A stretch of DNA of 55,315 nucleotides. It comes from Octopus bimaculoides. Its lineage: Eukaryota. Shown here piece by piece: positions 38,802-50,125 of the stretch (within the stretch, counting starts at the first letter, position 1; every line of letters starts with the position of its first letter). The DNA lies in NCBI RefSeq assembly GCF_001194135.2, contig NC_068986.1, forward strand, positions 55,910,601-55,965,915, in the 5' to 3' direction. The notes under the pieces are model-generated. The model was not told the DNA's origin, ran no database searches, and saw only the letters and a list, made by a program, of their open reading frames with translations. The translations under genes were made by a program, and so were the position numbers.

Positions 38802-38893
38802 CACAGTTCCATCGTTCTCCCAGACCATTTTACCTTCTTCAGCTCGATCATTTAATCCAATCCATACATACTTTCTACGAATCATCGTTGGAA
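38802..38893 (-). CDS. Lectin exon G (CTLD-2): (I)PTMIRRKYVWIGLNDRAEEGKMVWENDGTV
   Basis: TTTTTAG acceptor, GTG|GTATGT donor; 92 nt, phase 1 to 0; WIGLND..EG..W..DG; tail of ORF-track 38790..39179. Confidence 0.93.
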
Positions 38894-39575
38894 CTAAAAA
38901 TAAGAGAAAATATATCTTTATTTTTCTATTAGGAAATAGTAACAAGATTATGTTGAGAATAGCTTCCGTCCAGTAGAATCCGAAAGTAGAATTTACGTCA
39001 GCGCCGTAGAAACATTTCTCAGTATTATTTCTTACATGAAAATAATTTACTATATACATTTGGCTGATTTCTTTTTCATTTTTTTCTTGAATTTTTTTTG
39101 GATTACGTTGGAAATATGTTGAGCTCCTGATTAGTTCTAAAAGGGCTGGCAACAAATTGTTCAAGTTCTGGCATTCCATTTTCTTCTTTTAAATCAATTA
39201 TTAAATTTTTGAACGTATTCTTCTTTAAGGAAAATATAAGAGTGATTTGAAGGATATGTGGTTGTTATTTCTTGCAGGGTGAATGAACGCGTAGAGGCTC
39301 TTAGATAAAATAATAATTTCATGGGAGATCAAGAAAAGAAGTTAAAAATTGTTCTTCATTTCTTTAAAAGCTAAACGTGGATCAACAGCACATGTATGTG
39401 AAAGAAAAATCTATCAGTGTGATAAAGTGAAGGAGATTTAACTCCTATTATCAACAATTTCAGCGACCATGTAAAGGTTCGAAGTTCGTAAATTTTTGAT
39501 AGAAAGGCAAATTGACAGTTAAATAAACTGCTTTGCAATTATCAATATTTTAACATATAAATAATTGATACTCAC

Positions 39576-39734
39576 TTCTTAAAACTGACATTGCTGTACT
39601 ACTCGAAACTTTGATCAAGTGAGCATTGTGCTTTTTACAAGCAATCTTAGCTGCAAGCCAAGTTAAAGATGCCGAAAAGAATTTGTAACAGTATTTAGAC
39701 ATGGCAAACCATCCTGGTGCGCAGCTGTAATGTT
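39576..39734 (-). CDS. Lectin exon F (CTLD-2 N-part): (E)HYSCAPGWFAMSKYCYKFFSASLTWLAAKIACKKHNAHLIKVSSSTAMSVLR
   Basis: TTTTGCAG acceptor, A|GTGAGT donor; 159 nt, phase 1 to 1; C.PGW....CY....TW..A...C....HL. Confidence 0.93.
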
Positions 39735-40147
39735 CTGCAAAACAAAAAGAAAATGTATTAAAACAACATCTTTTTAGTTTCTATAAAGCGATAGTCATCC
39801 TCGCGAATCAATGGGATAAAATTCTTACAAGAATAACTCGACCCGCTAAAAAGAAATGCCAAAAAAATTTCATTCAAATTGTATCCAACCATCTTCAAAC
39901 TGGATGAACACATTGGATAATGTAATCTTAGATAACAATGTTTACAACAAAGACGGGATGGCCATGTCTGAAATACCTTTGACCATAGATGTGATTGACT
40001 AGTCCCTACCCTAGAATTTCAGGCCTTATGCGTCTAGTATAAAGGATTATTATATCATGGTTTGTAGATCACTCAACATGTAGAGTATGATTATAGTGTC
40101 TCAAACCTGGCCAGCACAAGTCTGCACTGTTGTTTTAGTCTCTAGAA

Positions 40148-40390
40148 TAGTGGTTCTCAACTAGGGTCCATACGGCCCTTAGAGATCCATATAAGATTTT
40201 GTTGTTAAAATTTATGTGCAGAAAGTCGGTTATATTTCTACAATACACAAAACATTCTAACATTTTTTAAATGCAATTCTTAATATCTAATTATAAAAAT
40301 TCAGTACGATTTTTAAAAACATAGAATGGTTATGAGGGTGTACCGAAGCAAAACAGGAATCAAAAGGCAAAACATGGTTGAGAACCAATG
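40148..40390. mobile_element. hAT (Charlie-like) MITE, 243 bp
   Basis: TIRs TAGTGGTTCTCAAC / GTTGAGAACCAATG; perfect 8-bp TSD CTCTAGAA at 40140-47 and 40391-98. Confidence 0.92.
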
Positions 40391-41256
40391 CTCTAGAACA
40401 ATCCTATTACGACATGATCAAAGGCGTTCCAGTCTTGACTGCACTGCTTTGCTTTCAGGAACCGTGTATCCGTAACTACTTTATTAAATGTGCTTAACCA
40501 TCAGGTCATCCGTGATTGGGAAACCTTTATGATTACCTTTAAACAGTGGGAAAGAGTTACATAGATGTGTGTACCAAAAAGGCAAAAAGCAAAAAAAAAA
40601 ATCTTTCCCTTGAGTGTAATTTTTATACTTATTTTACTTTAAATAAGTACAAAAACTACAATTGTTAGTCTCACGCTCGATAAAATTTACAAATTTATCA
40701 AAAGAGTGCCGTAAAATATTCACCTCCTTTGATGATTGCCGTTGCCATGTAAAGTTTTTGAAACACAAATTGCTGATGTTCGCTTTTTAAGTGTTAAAGC
40801 ATCCCAAATGTGATCGCACCATTTTGTTTTCAGGACTAGATTTATTCAATGCTTCCTTCCCTTTTTAAGCTGTCTTTGTTGTTTAACAATCAGGCCAGCC
40901 CTAGAAGTACTGACCTATTAAAAATGCTTCAGTCATAATCATTCAGTCCTTTCTTTTTTCAGTCGTAGTATATTTTCAGAACTACAGATCTCAGGAATTT
41001 CATTGAAATTCTAGAATTCTAGCTAGCTAAGCTACAATGTATGGCAAGGTAACATGGTTATCCAGTAGAAGATCATAATTTTCTGTGGTAGAAATATTAA
41101 CAACCAAAAAGAATATATCATCTTACAGGCAGGTAAATGTTTGATTGGACGCTGAAATTTGAAGTCCCAAAGTAGAAAACAAAACTATATACTTCATTAG
41201 TCTGCAGTCATTTAGTTTTGCGTTTTATCATTCCTGCTAATTCATCATTATTTAAC

Positions 41257-41468
41257 AATACGAAGGCGGCGAGCTAGCAGAATCATACAGCACGCCAGAA
41301 GGTAAATTTTGTCCGCCTTTACGTTCTGAGTTCAAATTGCGCAAAGGGTCAGCTTTGCCTTTCATCTCTTCGGGGTCGATAAAATAAACGCCACTCAAGT
41401 ACTAGGGTCGATATAATTGACTTACCTCATGCCCCCAAATTTCTGGCATTGTGCCAAACTTTGAAAAT
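41257..41468 (+). mobile_element. tRNA-derived SINE, family B
   Basis: AAGGCGGCGAGCT.GCAGAATC...GAGTTCAAATT head; 10-bp TSD ATTATTTAAC (41247-56, 41469-78). Confidence 0.88.
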
Positions 41469-41545
41469 ATTATTTAACTGCATGCGCACGCACACACACA
41501 TTATATATGTATTATTTATTTAAAGGACACAATACATGTCTTTAA

Positions 41546-41600
41546 GTGCTACTACTAGTTTCATATGTTGAAAAATATCTCAAATATATTCATCAGGCAC
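41546..41600 (-). ncRNA. Type I hammerhead ribozyme motif (sense to the lectin pre-mRNA)
   Basis: GUGC-CUGAUGA(41596-90)-stem II with one A.C mismatch-GAAA(41562-59)-CU[AGU]AG-UA-GCAC; perfect 4-bp stem I; GUA triplet 41552-50. Confidence 0.72.
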
Positions 41601-42108
41601 AAACCACATATAATGAATTTTTAAAAATTGAATAAGAGAAGAAGCGCGAAAAAGCTGAGAAGACAGCATATAGAAAACGCAGAACGTTAAAAAAACGGAA
41701 AACAGAAAAGAAAAACGTAACAACTAAAATGTAAAAAGTAAAAAAAAGGTGAAAGTGTTACACTCCTTAGACTTTAAATTATAAGGCTGGAAAGATAATA
41801 TCAAGTTAGTCAGGTATAGGCGGAATTTTCCAACTCTTCCAAATATATTTATACATATGTATGCAACCTCTGAAAATTTCAGACCTAGAGTTTAGTAGAG
41901 AGTTAAGGATCTTAGATCTGAACAGGATCTGAGCTTTTCAGTTAAATGTAACCTACATTTATTCGATGCATTAACATAAGGTATGGATTTCTCAATTATT
42001 TTCCACTTAATCATATGTGACGTTTCCTTATCTTTCAAGATCCATACGTAGCTAGCCAACTTAATAGCTTTGCTTTTGTCCTTATGTCGGAAGGAGGCTG
42101 TGTAGTTT

Positions 42109-42163
42109 GTGCCTGATGAATATGTTTGAGATATTTCTCAACATATGAAACTATTAGTAGCAT
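42109..42163 (+). ncRNA. Type I hammerhead ribozyme motif (intact core)
   Basis: GUGC-CUGAUGA(42113-19)-stem II AUAUGUU.GAG/CUCAACAUAU-GAAA(42147-50)-CU[AUU]AG-UA-GCAU; GUA triplet 42157-59; predicted cleavage after 42159. Confidence 0.75.
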
Positions 42164-42255
42164 TTAGAGACAAGTATTGCTTCCTTTAAATAAATATTTA
42201 TCTCTCACCAGATGGAGTACTTTTTTTGTTTATCTTTCTATCACGAAACAGTACA

Positions 42256-42294
<39 letters not shown>

Positions 42295-42477
42295 CCTCAA
42301 AATTGCTGGCTTTGTGCAAAAAAGTTGAAACCAACACTGATAAACAGGTCCTCTTATTAAACGATTAAAAAAAGAGCTAAATGGCTAGATAGCCCACTTG
42401 AGAAATAAGTGTCATATTGATGTGACTGTGAAACAGTCATACTCTTTATACATGCAAAAACATAAATAAATATTTAC

Positions 42478-42585
42478 CCACGGGTCTCGCGACGTCTTTC
42501 ACTTTGACACCTATCGCAATTTTACAAACAAAAGCCCTTGTCTGAGAGCAAGCGAAATCTAGTACCCATTTGCCTTCAACATCAT
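42478..42585 (-). CDS. Lectin exon E (CTLD-1 end plus linker): (N)DVEGKWVLDFACSQTRAFVCKIAIGVKVKDVARPV
   Basis: TATTCCAG acceptor, G|GTAAAT donor; 108 nt, phase 1 to 1; GKW....C....FVC. Confidence 0.9.
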
Positions 42586-43594
42586 CTGGAATAAAGAATA
42601 AAGTGAGTTAAATTTTTTAAAAAAACTCTAAGTTCAGAAAATAATTCTTTTATGGGATTCATCCCCATCGTTGTATAAACCGCGAAACAAGGAGCGAACA
42701 AGAAAAACTCTACTTGGAGGGGGAGGGGTTGACTATCTTTTTCTTTCTACCTCTCCTCCTTTTCTCTCTCTCACTCTACTGTTTCTTTCTGGTATGTCGT
42801 CTGCTCTGTTTTGTTTATTCAGTAGTGCTAGAATACTTAATCATTTTTCTATTCACTTGTGCCCCACATCACTTTTGTAACAATTTTGGAATCAAAATCT
42901 GGCTCTAAAATTTGCTAAACAGGAATAGGGCTTGAGTCTTCTCCGCGAGTCTTATTGATATGTTACACAGTCACAAAACCTTATCTAAGAAGGAAGAAGT
43001 TATAGGACATTATGAGGATGTAAATAAAATCAAAGAAAGAGATAGATACAACTAGAAAGTGAAACGATGGCGTAGATTTAATCACCGAGAACTCTTTGCG
43101 ACTACAATCATTACATATCAACTGGATACGTTGAATTTTTGGTGTACAGAAGGCGTACAGAAATGGGAAGTTAGGATAAGCATACCTTTCTCAAAGATAT
43201 TAGAGGTATGAATAGAGTAGCTATAATCAGAGACCGAAACTATGTTGCATCCTCCGATGTCACAAAGTTTCCTTGCCTCTCTACACTGCTTGTCACCAAT
43301 CAAGCAGATAAATCAATTTTGTGGCATACATCCGAAGCCTCAAAGTTTTTCTCTTATAATGTATGGGGGTGGGATTGGGGTACGGAAAGCAATAGTTAAT
43401 TAATTCGAACTTAGTATTTGACTAGTATTTATTTTCTCGACCACAAAATGATAAAAGGCAAAGTCGAATGTGGATGGATGTGAAGGTTTTAACATTGAAT
43501 GTAAAGGAACGTAACTAAATACTGAACTATTTCCGCTTACATAACATCCTAATCATGCAAACATATTCAAATTGATTTTACGATGGGTAATATT

Positions 43595-43808
43595 GGTTTC
43601 AAATTTTGGAACAAGGCCAGCAATTTCGGGGAGGGTCTAGTCGATTACATTGACCCCAGTGTTCAACTGATACTTATTTTATGGACCCCAAACGGGATGA
43701 AAGACAAAGTCGATCTCGGTGGAATTTGACCTCAGTATGTAAAGACGAACGAAATGTCGCTAAGCATTTTTCTCGACATGCTAACGATTCTACCAACACC
43801 TTATATGC
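43595..43808 (-). mobile_element. SINE family B (reverse)
   Basis: 11-bp TSD TGGGTAATATT (43584-94, 43809-19). Confidence 0.85.
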
Positions 43809-43822
43809 TGGGTAATATTAGA

Positions 43823-44041
43823 CAGGAGTAAGGCGGCGAGCTGGCAGAATCGTTAGCACGCCGAGCAAAATGCTTAGCGGCATTTCATCCGTCTTTAAGT
43901 ATTGAGCTCAAATTCCGCCGAGGTTGACTTTACCTTTTAACCTTTCGAGATCAATAAAATAAGTACCAGCTGAGTACTGAGATCGATGTAATCGACTTAT
44001 CCCCTCCCCGATTTTGCTCACCTTGTGCCAAAATTTGAAAC
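43823..44041 (+). mobile_element. SINE family B
   Basis: 10-bp TSD TAATATTAGA (43813-22, 44042-51). Confidence 0.88.
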
Positions 44042-45820
44042 TAATATTAGATATGAGAAACACTCATTGGAGACAATAAATAGAAAAAGTTCACTAACAG
44101 AATAGAACCACGTCTCCAAAGTCTGATGCATGATTGTCTTATTAATTAAACTACAGAACATTTGTCATTTCATCTATGTCAATTTGATACAATGATTTGT
44201 TTCTGCTATTGTTTGCTGTACTAATTTATTTTCCTGATAAGTAATTAACTCAGAATTATGAATGTGTGTATATTTGTTAGTGAGCAGAATTTCAGCCAAC
44301 TGATCTTATGACAGTCATCTCCATTGCTCGATGTTCATAAACTTTATACACCTCGAGAGGCTAGGTTTTGCTTACGAATTACATGGTTAATCTCAGTTGA
44401 TGGAAGCTTTTCAACTACCTATATTACATATGTAACATCCTGCCATTTTTATGCCTGCGTGTGTCTGAACGAGTACAAATCTATGTATGTATATGCATAT
44501 AAACCTGTCATTGTCGTTGTTTAGGTCCAGGTGAACTCAGATCTAGCAGACTCGTGATCAAATGCATTATAATCGTAACCATCGTGTCTTTCATTCTGGT
44601 ATAAATCTTGTTGTGCAAACTTTTATTTAGACATAAATATTAGAAGCATTAAGTTTGGAGAAAATAAATAGAAAAGCGACCCATCTGGAAGGATTGGAAG
44701 TAATATTTCATCTTACCGATGAAACAACAACCCCTCTATCATTTTATCTTTACAAGATCAATGTCTAATACCACATCATTCACCTGTAAGGTGTTGGGTA
44801 TTGTTTGAGAGAGATTTAGCCGCTAATTCTAACAGTGATCAAGTGGATTCTCACTGATTGGCTATGTTGTATCAGTGTATAATATCATTCAGTATGAAGC
44901 CTCGTGATTCAGTACCAGTGTTGCGATCACGATCATAAGGCTATGTGTTCGATTCCTAGACCGTGCGACGCATTGTGTGTCCTTCAGCAAGGCGCTTCAC
45001 ATCAGGTTGCTCCACTTTACTCAACTAAAAATGAGGTCCAGCTCCGAGTGCTTGAGTAGCTCTCTCAACCTCTAGCTGTCACATCCCCAATGCTTCACAG
45101 GAACAAGGAGTGGGTGGGCCAAGAGGGTGTACCTGTCTGCCAGCAGCTACATGGTCATCTATAATAGTTAGCAAGAGTATGGTACGTGTTTTTAGACCAT
45201 ACTCATGTCAGTGATGGTTGTTTTTTTTTAAATTTTCATGAATTTTGCAACCTCAGGTCAGACGGATCCAACAACTCGTTCCCACATCTTACAATCCTGT
45301 TTAACTGGCAGACTTAATTCCCTAAGGCATTTGAACACTGGAGTAATTAATCATGAAGTTTACCATTAATATGCGGGTCACTGCGTTACATGTTCACTTC
45401 CAATCAGTGTTTAGAATGAGACACCTTCTCTAGGTGATTACCAACCAAGGCTAAAGATCACATCTAGACATGATACATAAATTATCTCCTGCCGGACGCC
45501 AACCTGATAATCCAGTGGTTTTCATTAGGTGTCCGTAAACCTAGACAGAAGCCCTGAATCCAGAAATCATCTCAGACAGGAGCTTTATTCCTTGAAGTAA
45601 TGCCTAAGATAAATGAAATGAAATAAATTAGTGACAGCAAACGGTGGGATTATGATAACTTTGGTGCCATATGGTAGGAGAAAAATGCTCTGACAAGTGG
45701 GTGACGGTCTGTTTTTTTTTTTAGCTTTTGCTTTAATATGACTACATTACCCTGACTACACACAGTGCTAGTAATATTATGTTGTATTTAAAAAAGAGAG
45801 AGAAAATCATTTTGACTTAC

Positions 45821-45937
45821 TTGTTTGAATATGAGCACATCGTGCATTATGTGATTTTCTTGGTTTACCACTTAAGGGCCAATTGGTAAAAGTTACGTTC
45901 TCACCAGTATCCCATTGTGGTCTTCCCTCCATATCAA
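45821..45937 (-). CDS. Lectin exon D (CTLD-1): (V)DMEGRPQWDTGENVTFTNWPLSGKPRKSHNARCAHIQT
   Basis: TGTGCAG acceptor, A|GTAAGT donor; 117 nt, phase 1 to 1; W..G....FTNW...P....C pattern. Confidence 0.9.
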
Positions 45938-46654
45938 CTGCACAGTAAAAATAACAAGATCAAAAAAGAAAAAAAAAGACCAAAAAAAAATTGAGCAAAA
46001 AGAAGAAAAACAAACAGTTCAGGGAAATTAGTTGTAGTCTGTGTCGGAAAAAATCATTTAGTAATGCAAAATTCGCTACATTTTTATGCTGTGAGATTGC
46101 TAAAATATTGACATTTCGGTATCTCGAGTAAAGTTCATTCCTGAGAAGGGCTTTACTTGAACGATCAATATATTTGCATATATTCAGATTTGAAGAATTT
46201 CGTTAACACTACTGTATGGGGATTTTTCACGAAGTTTATCGATTGCATAATATATTCTCTTTTTCTATACACAGGATGATTTTGTCCGACGTGTCGTTTA
46301 CTAACTTTTAAAGAACGATCAAAACTTATAAAATATAAATGTTAAAGGAAATCGATATAATGAAACAACAAACCAACATTTTTTATCGGCTATGATGAAT
46401 TAACTGGCCGAAACTTCGAAGTCACTGTCAACAATATATTTTTGTTTAAGAACAAACTTGTGCTTTACAGAAGTATAGAGTAACCCCTTAGATCAATGTA
46501 ATAGATAGATGGATAGATAAATAGGTCGCCCCATCCCCACTTGCTTTTACTGAAATGAGTGTTGCCGGCACAAACCACCTCAAGTCTCCTTGAATGCAAT
46601 AAATATATTTGTTTATTAGTGGTGAGAGTTATTATAAAAGATTGCATTACTAAC

Positions 46655-46737
46655 CTGTTAAACCGATCCAGAAGCGTTCAATACCAGCATCGGATAATTC
46701 TTTTAGTTTATTGTTGATAAAATCCTGGTCACGTGCA
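46655..46737 (-). CDS. Lectin exon C (CTLD-1): ARDQDFINNKLKELSDAGIERFWIGLT
   Basis: CTTCACAG acceptor, G|GTTAGT donor; 83 nt, phase 2 to 1; FWIGL motif. Confidence 0.92.
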
Positions 46738-46783
46738 CTGTGAAGGTAAAGTGCATTTTAATACTAAAAGGGTGGTGATGGTA

Positions 46784-46990
46784 GTGATGGTGATGGGATT
46801 GTTTTTGTTTCGTTTGAATGGTGGTGGTGGTGGTGGTGATGATGGTGATTTTGCTAGCAATGGCGGTGGTAGTGATGGTAGTAGCATTTTCAAAAGTAGA
46901 AATGACAACAATAATAAAGAAAGGTGTGCAGTAGTAGTAGTAGTAGTAGTAGTAGCAACAGCAGGAACAGCAGCAGTAGTAGTAGTAATG
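46784..46990. repeat. Compound (GGT/GAT/AGT/GCA)n low-complexity tract just upstream of exon C's acceptor
   Basis: Direct reading; produces the spurious ORFs 46729..46911 and 46733..47053. Confidence 0.85.
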
Positions 46991-48491
46991 AGGACACTGA
47001 TCCTACAAAAATCTGAGCTAAGGGGAATTAATTCAGATATACCAATGGTATGATAAAGATGACATATGGAGTGATGTACGGAAAAAAGAAAACTTCGAAA
47101 TAAATTTAGAGAAAGAAAAAAACAAATCTAGCTGTAATTATCAGTGATTCTCAAAACAGGGCAAGCAGATTCAAGAAATTAAATGATTTTACTGAACTTG
47201 TATTTTCAAGAAGTAAAGTGGTAGTTGCAGACACGTTTCAGTCTTATTAAACCTTACCAACAAAGCATTGTGACATTATTTGCTCAAGCTTGCTTTGATC
47301 AGCTGACTGAATTTTTCTTATTTACAAGCAGATAAAAAACTAAAAGTCTTCTAAGCCGGTATAACTACCGATAGATCTTTGTTCTCTTTCTCCAAATAAA
47401 AGGCCAATGTCACATCATAAATAAATTTCTTTTGTGGGCGTTATTCAATGTACCAATACCTATCTAAATACTACCTTAAACTAATACAAAACCACAACTA
47501 TTGCTGATGTTGTTATCTAACCGTAGGTCGACCCTAAACAAGTAGGGTTCACTTAGGGTTGCCATCCTGTATTTTAAGAGTATCTGAGACCACCATGTTC
47601 CCGTTTATGGAGATGGTAAAGTGTGATTGAGAGAATTTAGTGACTATTTCTAGTAGGACGAACAACCGTGTAGAAGCTTCCTCGTTGGCATTAGTAAGGG
47701 ATGCGTATATGATTTATTGAATCAATCCTAGTGCATAACTGGTATCTATTTCATCAACTCAGAACATAGAGGGAAGAAATAAAACACTGTAAAGAACTGA
47801 GTCAGGCAACCTACTGTTTATGACAAGGTGGTGAATTGCTAGAGCGTAGGATACAATGTCTTAAAGAATTCGTCCCAGCATCACAATATGTGTTCGAATC
47901 TCGCCAGCGCCAGCATTGACTTACATCGTTTCGGGTTCGATAAATAACTACTAAGTCTAGTATTAGGATCGATTATCTTTAGATTGTACCTGTAATTCAC
48001 AAAGGTTCCAGTCTTGTTACATTGGGTCATGGTGGTTCAACCTAAAACTTAAATTAAAGGTACGTGTGTCTGTGAAATACTCAACCATATACGCATAATT
48101 GATCGAAAACCCGAATACTCGTCGAAACAGGCGGCAAAAAATCTACCAGTGTTTATGACAACTAACCATTCCTCTTCATCACGACTGAAGGGAAATGGCT
48201 TCACCGAGCAACTGAAATCACATCTCGTCCTGAACTTAACTAACCAGGAGTTTTCTCTTGTTTTATAGTGTAAGCCACACTAGGGTATTTCTTCGCTATT
48301 TTCAAACGTGAGGCTGTAGCTACGCTGAATTAAAAAATTGTTTTGTACTCAAGCATAAAACTCTTCTTTTTGGCGCATTTTAAAACCCATAGGTGACACT
48401 GTTATTTTTCTTTTGTGCATCAAAATTTTAGAGTGTACTACTAGAAAAACTGAGTGGTCTTGAGATAATGCAAGCTATCAAATGAGCCATA

Positions 48492-48697
48492 AGAAGGGTG
48501 CTGATAAGTTCCCGGTATCACGAAAGATCTGGTTGGAGGCCCAACATTCCGAGTTCTTTCTCAGAGCTTACAAAAACTGAAAGATCACTGCAATAAATGT
48601 GTGAATCTAAGAGGCAAATATGTTGAATAAAATCATAATAAACTGATCCTCCTGTATTTTCTTTTACTTAAAGCCGGAAAATTTTCTGAACCTCTCG
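48492..48697 (+). mobile_element. Mariner-derived MITE, same family as 34119-34314, opposite orientation
   Basis: Ends (TA)AGAAGGGTGCTGATAAGTTCC and TTTTCTGAACCTCTCG(TA); internal TGCAATAAATGTGTGAATCTAAGAGGCAAATATGTTGAATAA = CNKCVNLRGKYVE*. Confidence 0.8.
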
Positions 48698-48976
48698 TAT
48701 AAACGGCATAGGTTCGATTTTTAATCTAAATAATTCACTTGACTTTTTCCCCGTAACTTGTGATTTTAGTTAATTTAGCAAGGGAAGAGATTCTAAGAAA
48801 TTGCCTTCGAAACACTACAAGACTAGCCAATGACGAAGCCTCTAAAAGGTTTGCTCGACCTGTTAAAAGAAGCAGCCATATATCTATCATTTCGCATAAT
48901 TTTATCTGAAAAATGGTATATACACTAGCCTGAAAAAGATACGGTATGACCGGAGCTTAAGCGATTTTGATCAGGA

Positions 48977-49412
48977 TTAAGGCGGTGAGCTGGCAGNNNN
49001 NNNNNNNNNNNNACACCGGGCGAAATGCTTAGTGACATTTCGTTTGTCTTTACGTTCTGAGTTCAAATTCTGCCGAGGTCGACTTTGCCTTTCATCCTTT
49101 CGGGGTCGATTAAATAAGTACCAGTTACGCACTGGAGTCGATATAATCGACTTAAGCCGTTTGTCTGTCTTTGTTTGTTCCCTCTGTGTGTAGCCCCTTG
49201 TGGGCAGTAAAGAAATAAGAAACGTTAGCACACCGGGCGAAATGCTTAGTGACATTTCGTTTGTCTTTACGTTCTGAGTTCAAATTCTGCCGAGGTCGAC
49301 TTTGCCTTTCATCCTTTCGGGGTCGATAAATTAAATACCAGTTGCATACTGGGTCGATCTAATCGATTGCCCCCCCCCCCCCAATTTCGGGCCTTGTGCC
49401 TTGAGTAGAAAA
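48977..49412 (+). mobile_element. Dimeric SINE family B
   Basis: Two heads within one 14-bp TSD GATTTTGATCAGGA (48963-76, 49413-26). Confidence 0.85.
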
Positions 49413-49764
49413 GATTTTGATCAGGACTGACAGAGGCTAAACAACAACAACAACAACAACAACAGTACTACAAGCCAATGAAGACCTAAAGACTTACTTA
49501 TTAAGACTTATCGCAAGTTTGCATTTTCACCTTAAAGCATTGGAGCAGTTCTTTGTTCACCTTTTTTGCCGACTGGAGTAAAACTAGCAGAGGCAGAAAG
49601 TTATGTACCGGATCCCAAGAACATAACTCAATCACTGTATGTAATGGGGAGGGAACCCATGATAACCGAACTAGTAGTCTCAAATTTATCTTCGTAGTCA
49701 TTGTGATTTTTTTTCTTTTTCATGATTTTCTTTTACCCTTCATTTATCTTTCTTCTACTTATTT

Positions 49765-50125
49765 CAGTTATCGAACTGTAGTCATGCTGGGGCACCATCA
49801 TGAAGGCTGTAGCCAAACAAATCGACACCGAATACAATTTTTAAAGTCTGGTACTTATTCTATCGGTGTTATTTGCCGAATTGCTAATTCATGGGGATAT
49901 AAACAAGTCAACACCGGCTGCCAATCAGTGGTAGGGACAAATATAAACAAGAAGACTCACATCATACATATATGTACGACTCACTTTCCGTTTACCAAAT
50001 CCACACACAAAGCTTTAGTCAGCTTGGGTCTGTAGTGGAAGAAACTTGCCCAAAGTACCGTGCAGTGGGATTCAACCGGAGACCATGCCGTTGCAAAGCA
50101 AGTTTCTTAATCACACAGCCATACC
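49765..50125 (-). mobile_element. SINE family A (reverse)
   Basis: Reverse complement of the family A sequence. Confidence 0.78.

Larger units (their letters stand above)
41513..42196 (-). mobile_element. 5'-truncated Penelope-like element with inverted pseudo-LTR
   Basis: 42095-41806 reads SFRHKDKSKAIKLASYVWILKDKETSHMIKWKIIEKSIPYVNASNKCRLHLTEKL../LLNSRSEIFRGCIHMYK..* (GIY-YIG C-terminus, homologous to 941-1285); inverted arms 41513-41608 and 42101-42196. Confidence 0.85.

Noticed and set aside
43118-43399. Short ORFs with an AG|GTATGC donor-like site
   Set aside because: No recognisable domain; not needed in the exon chain D-E.
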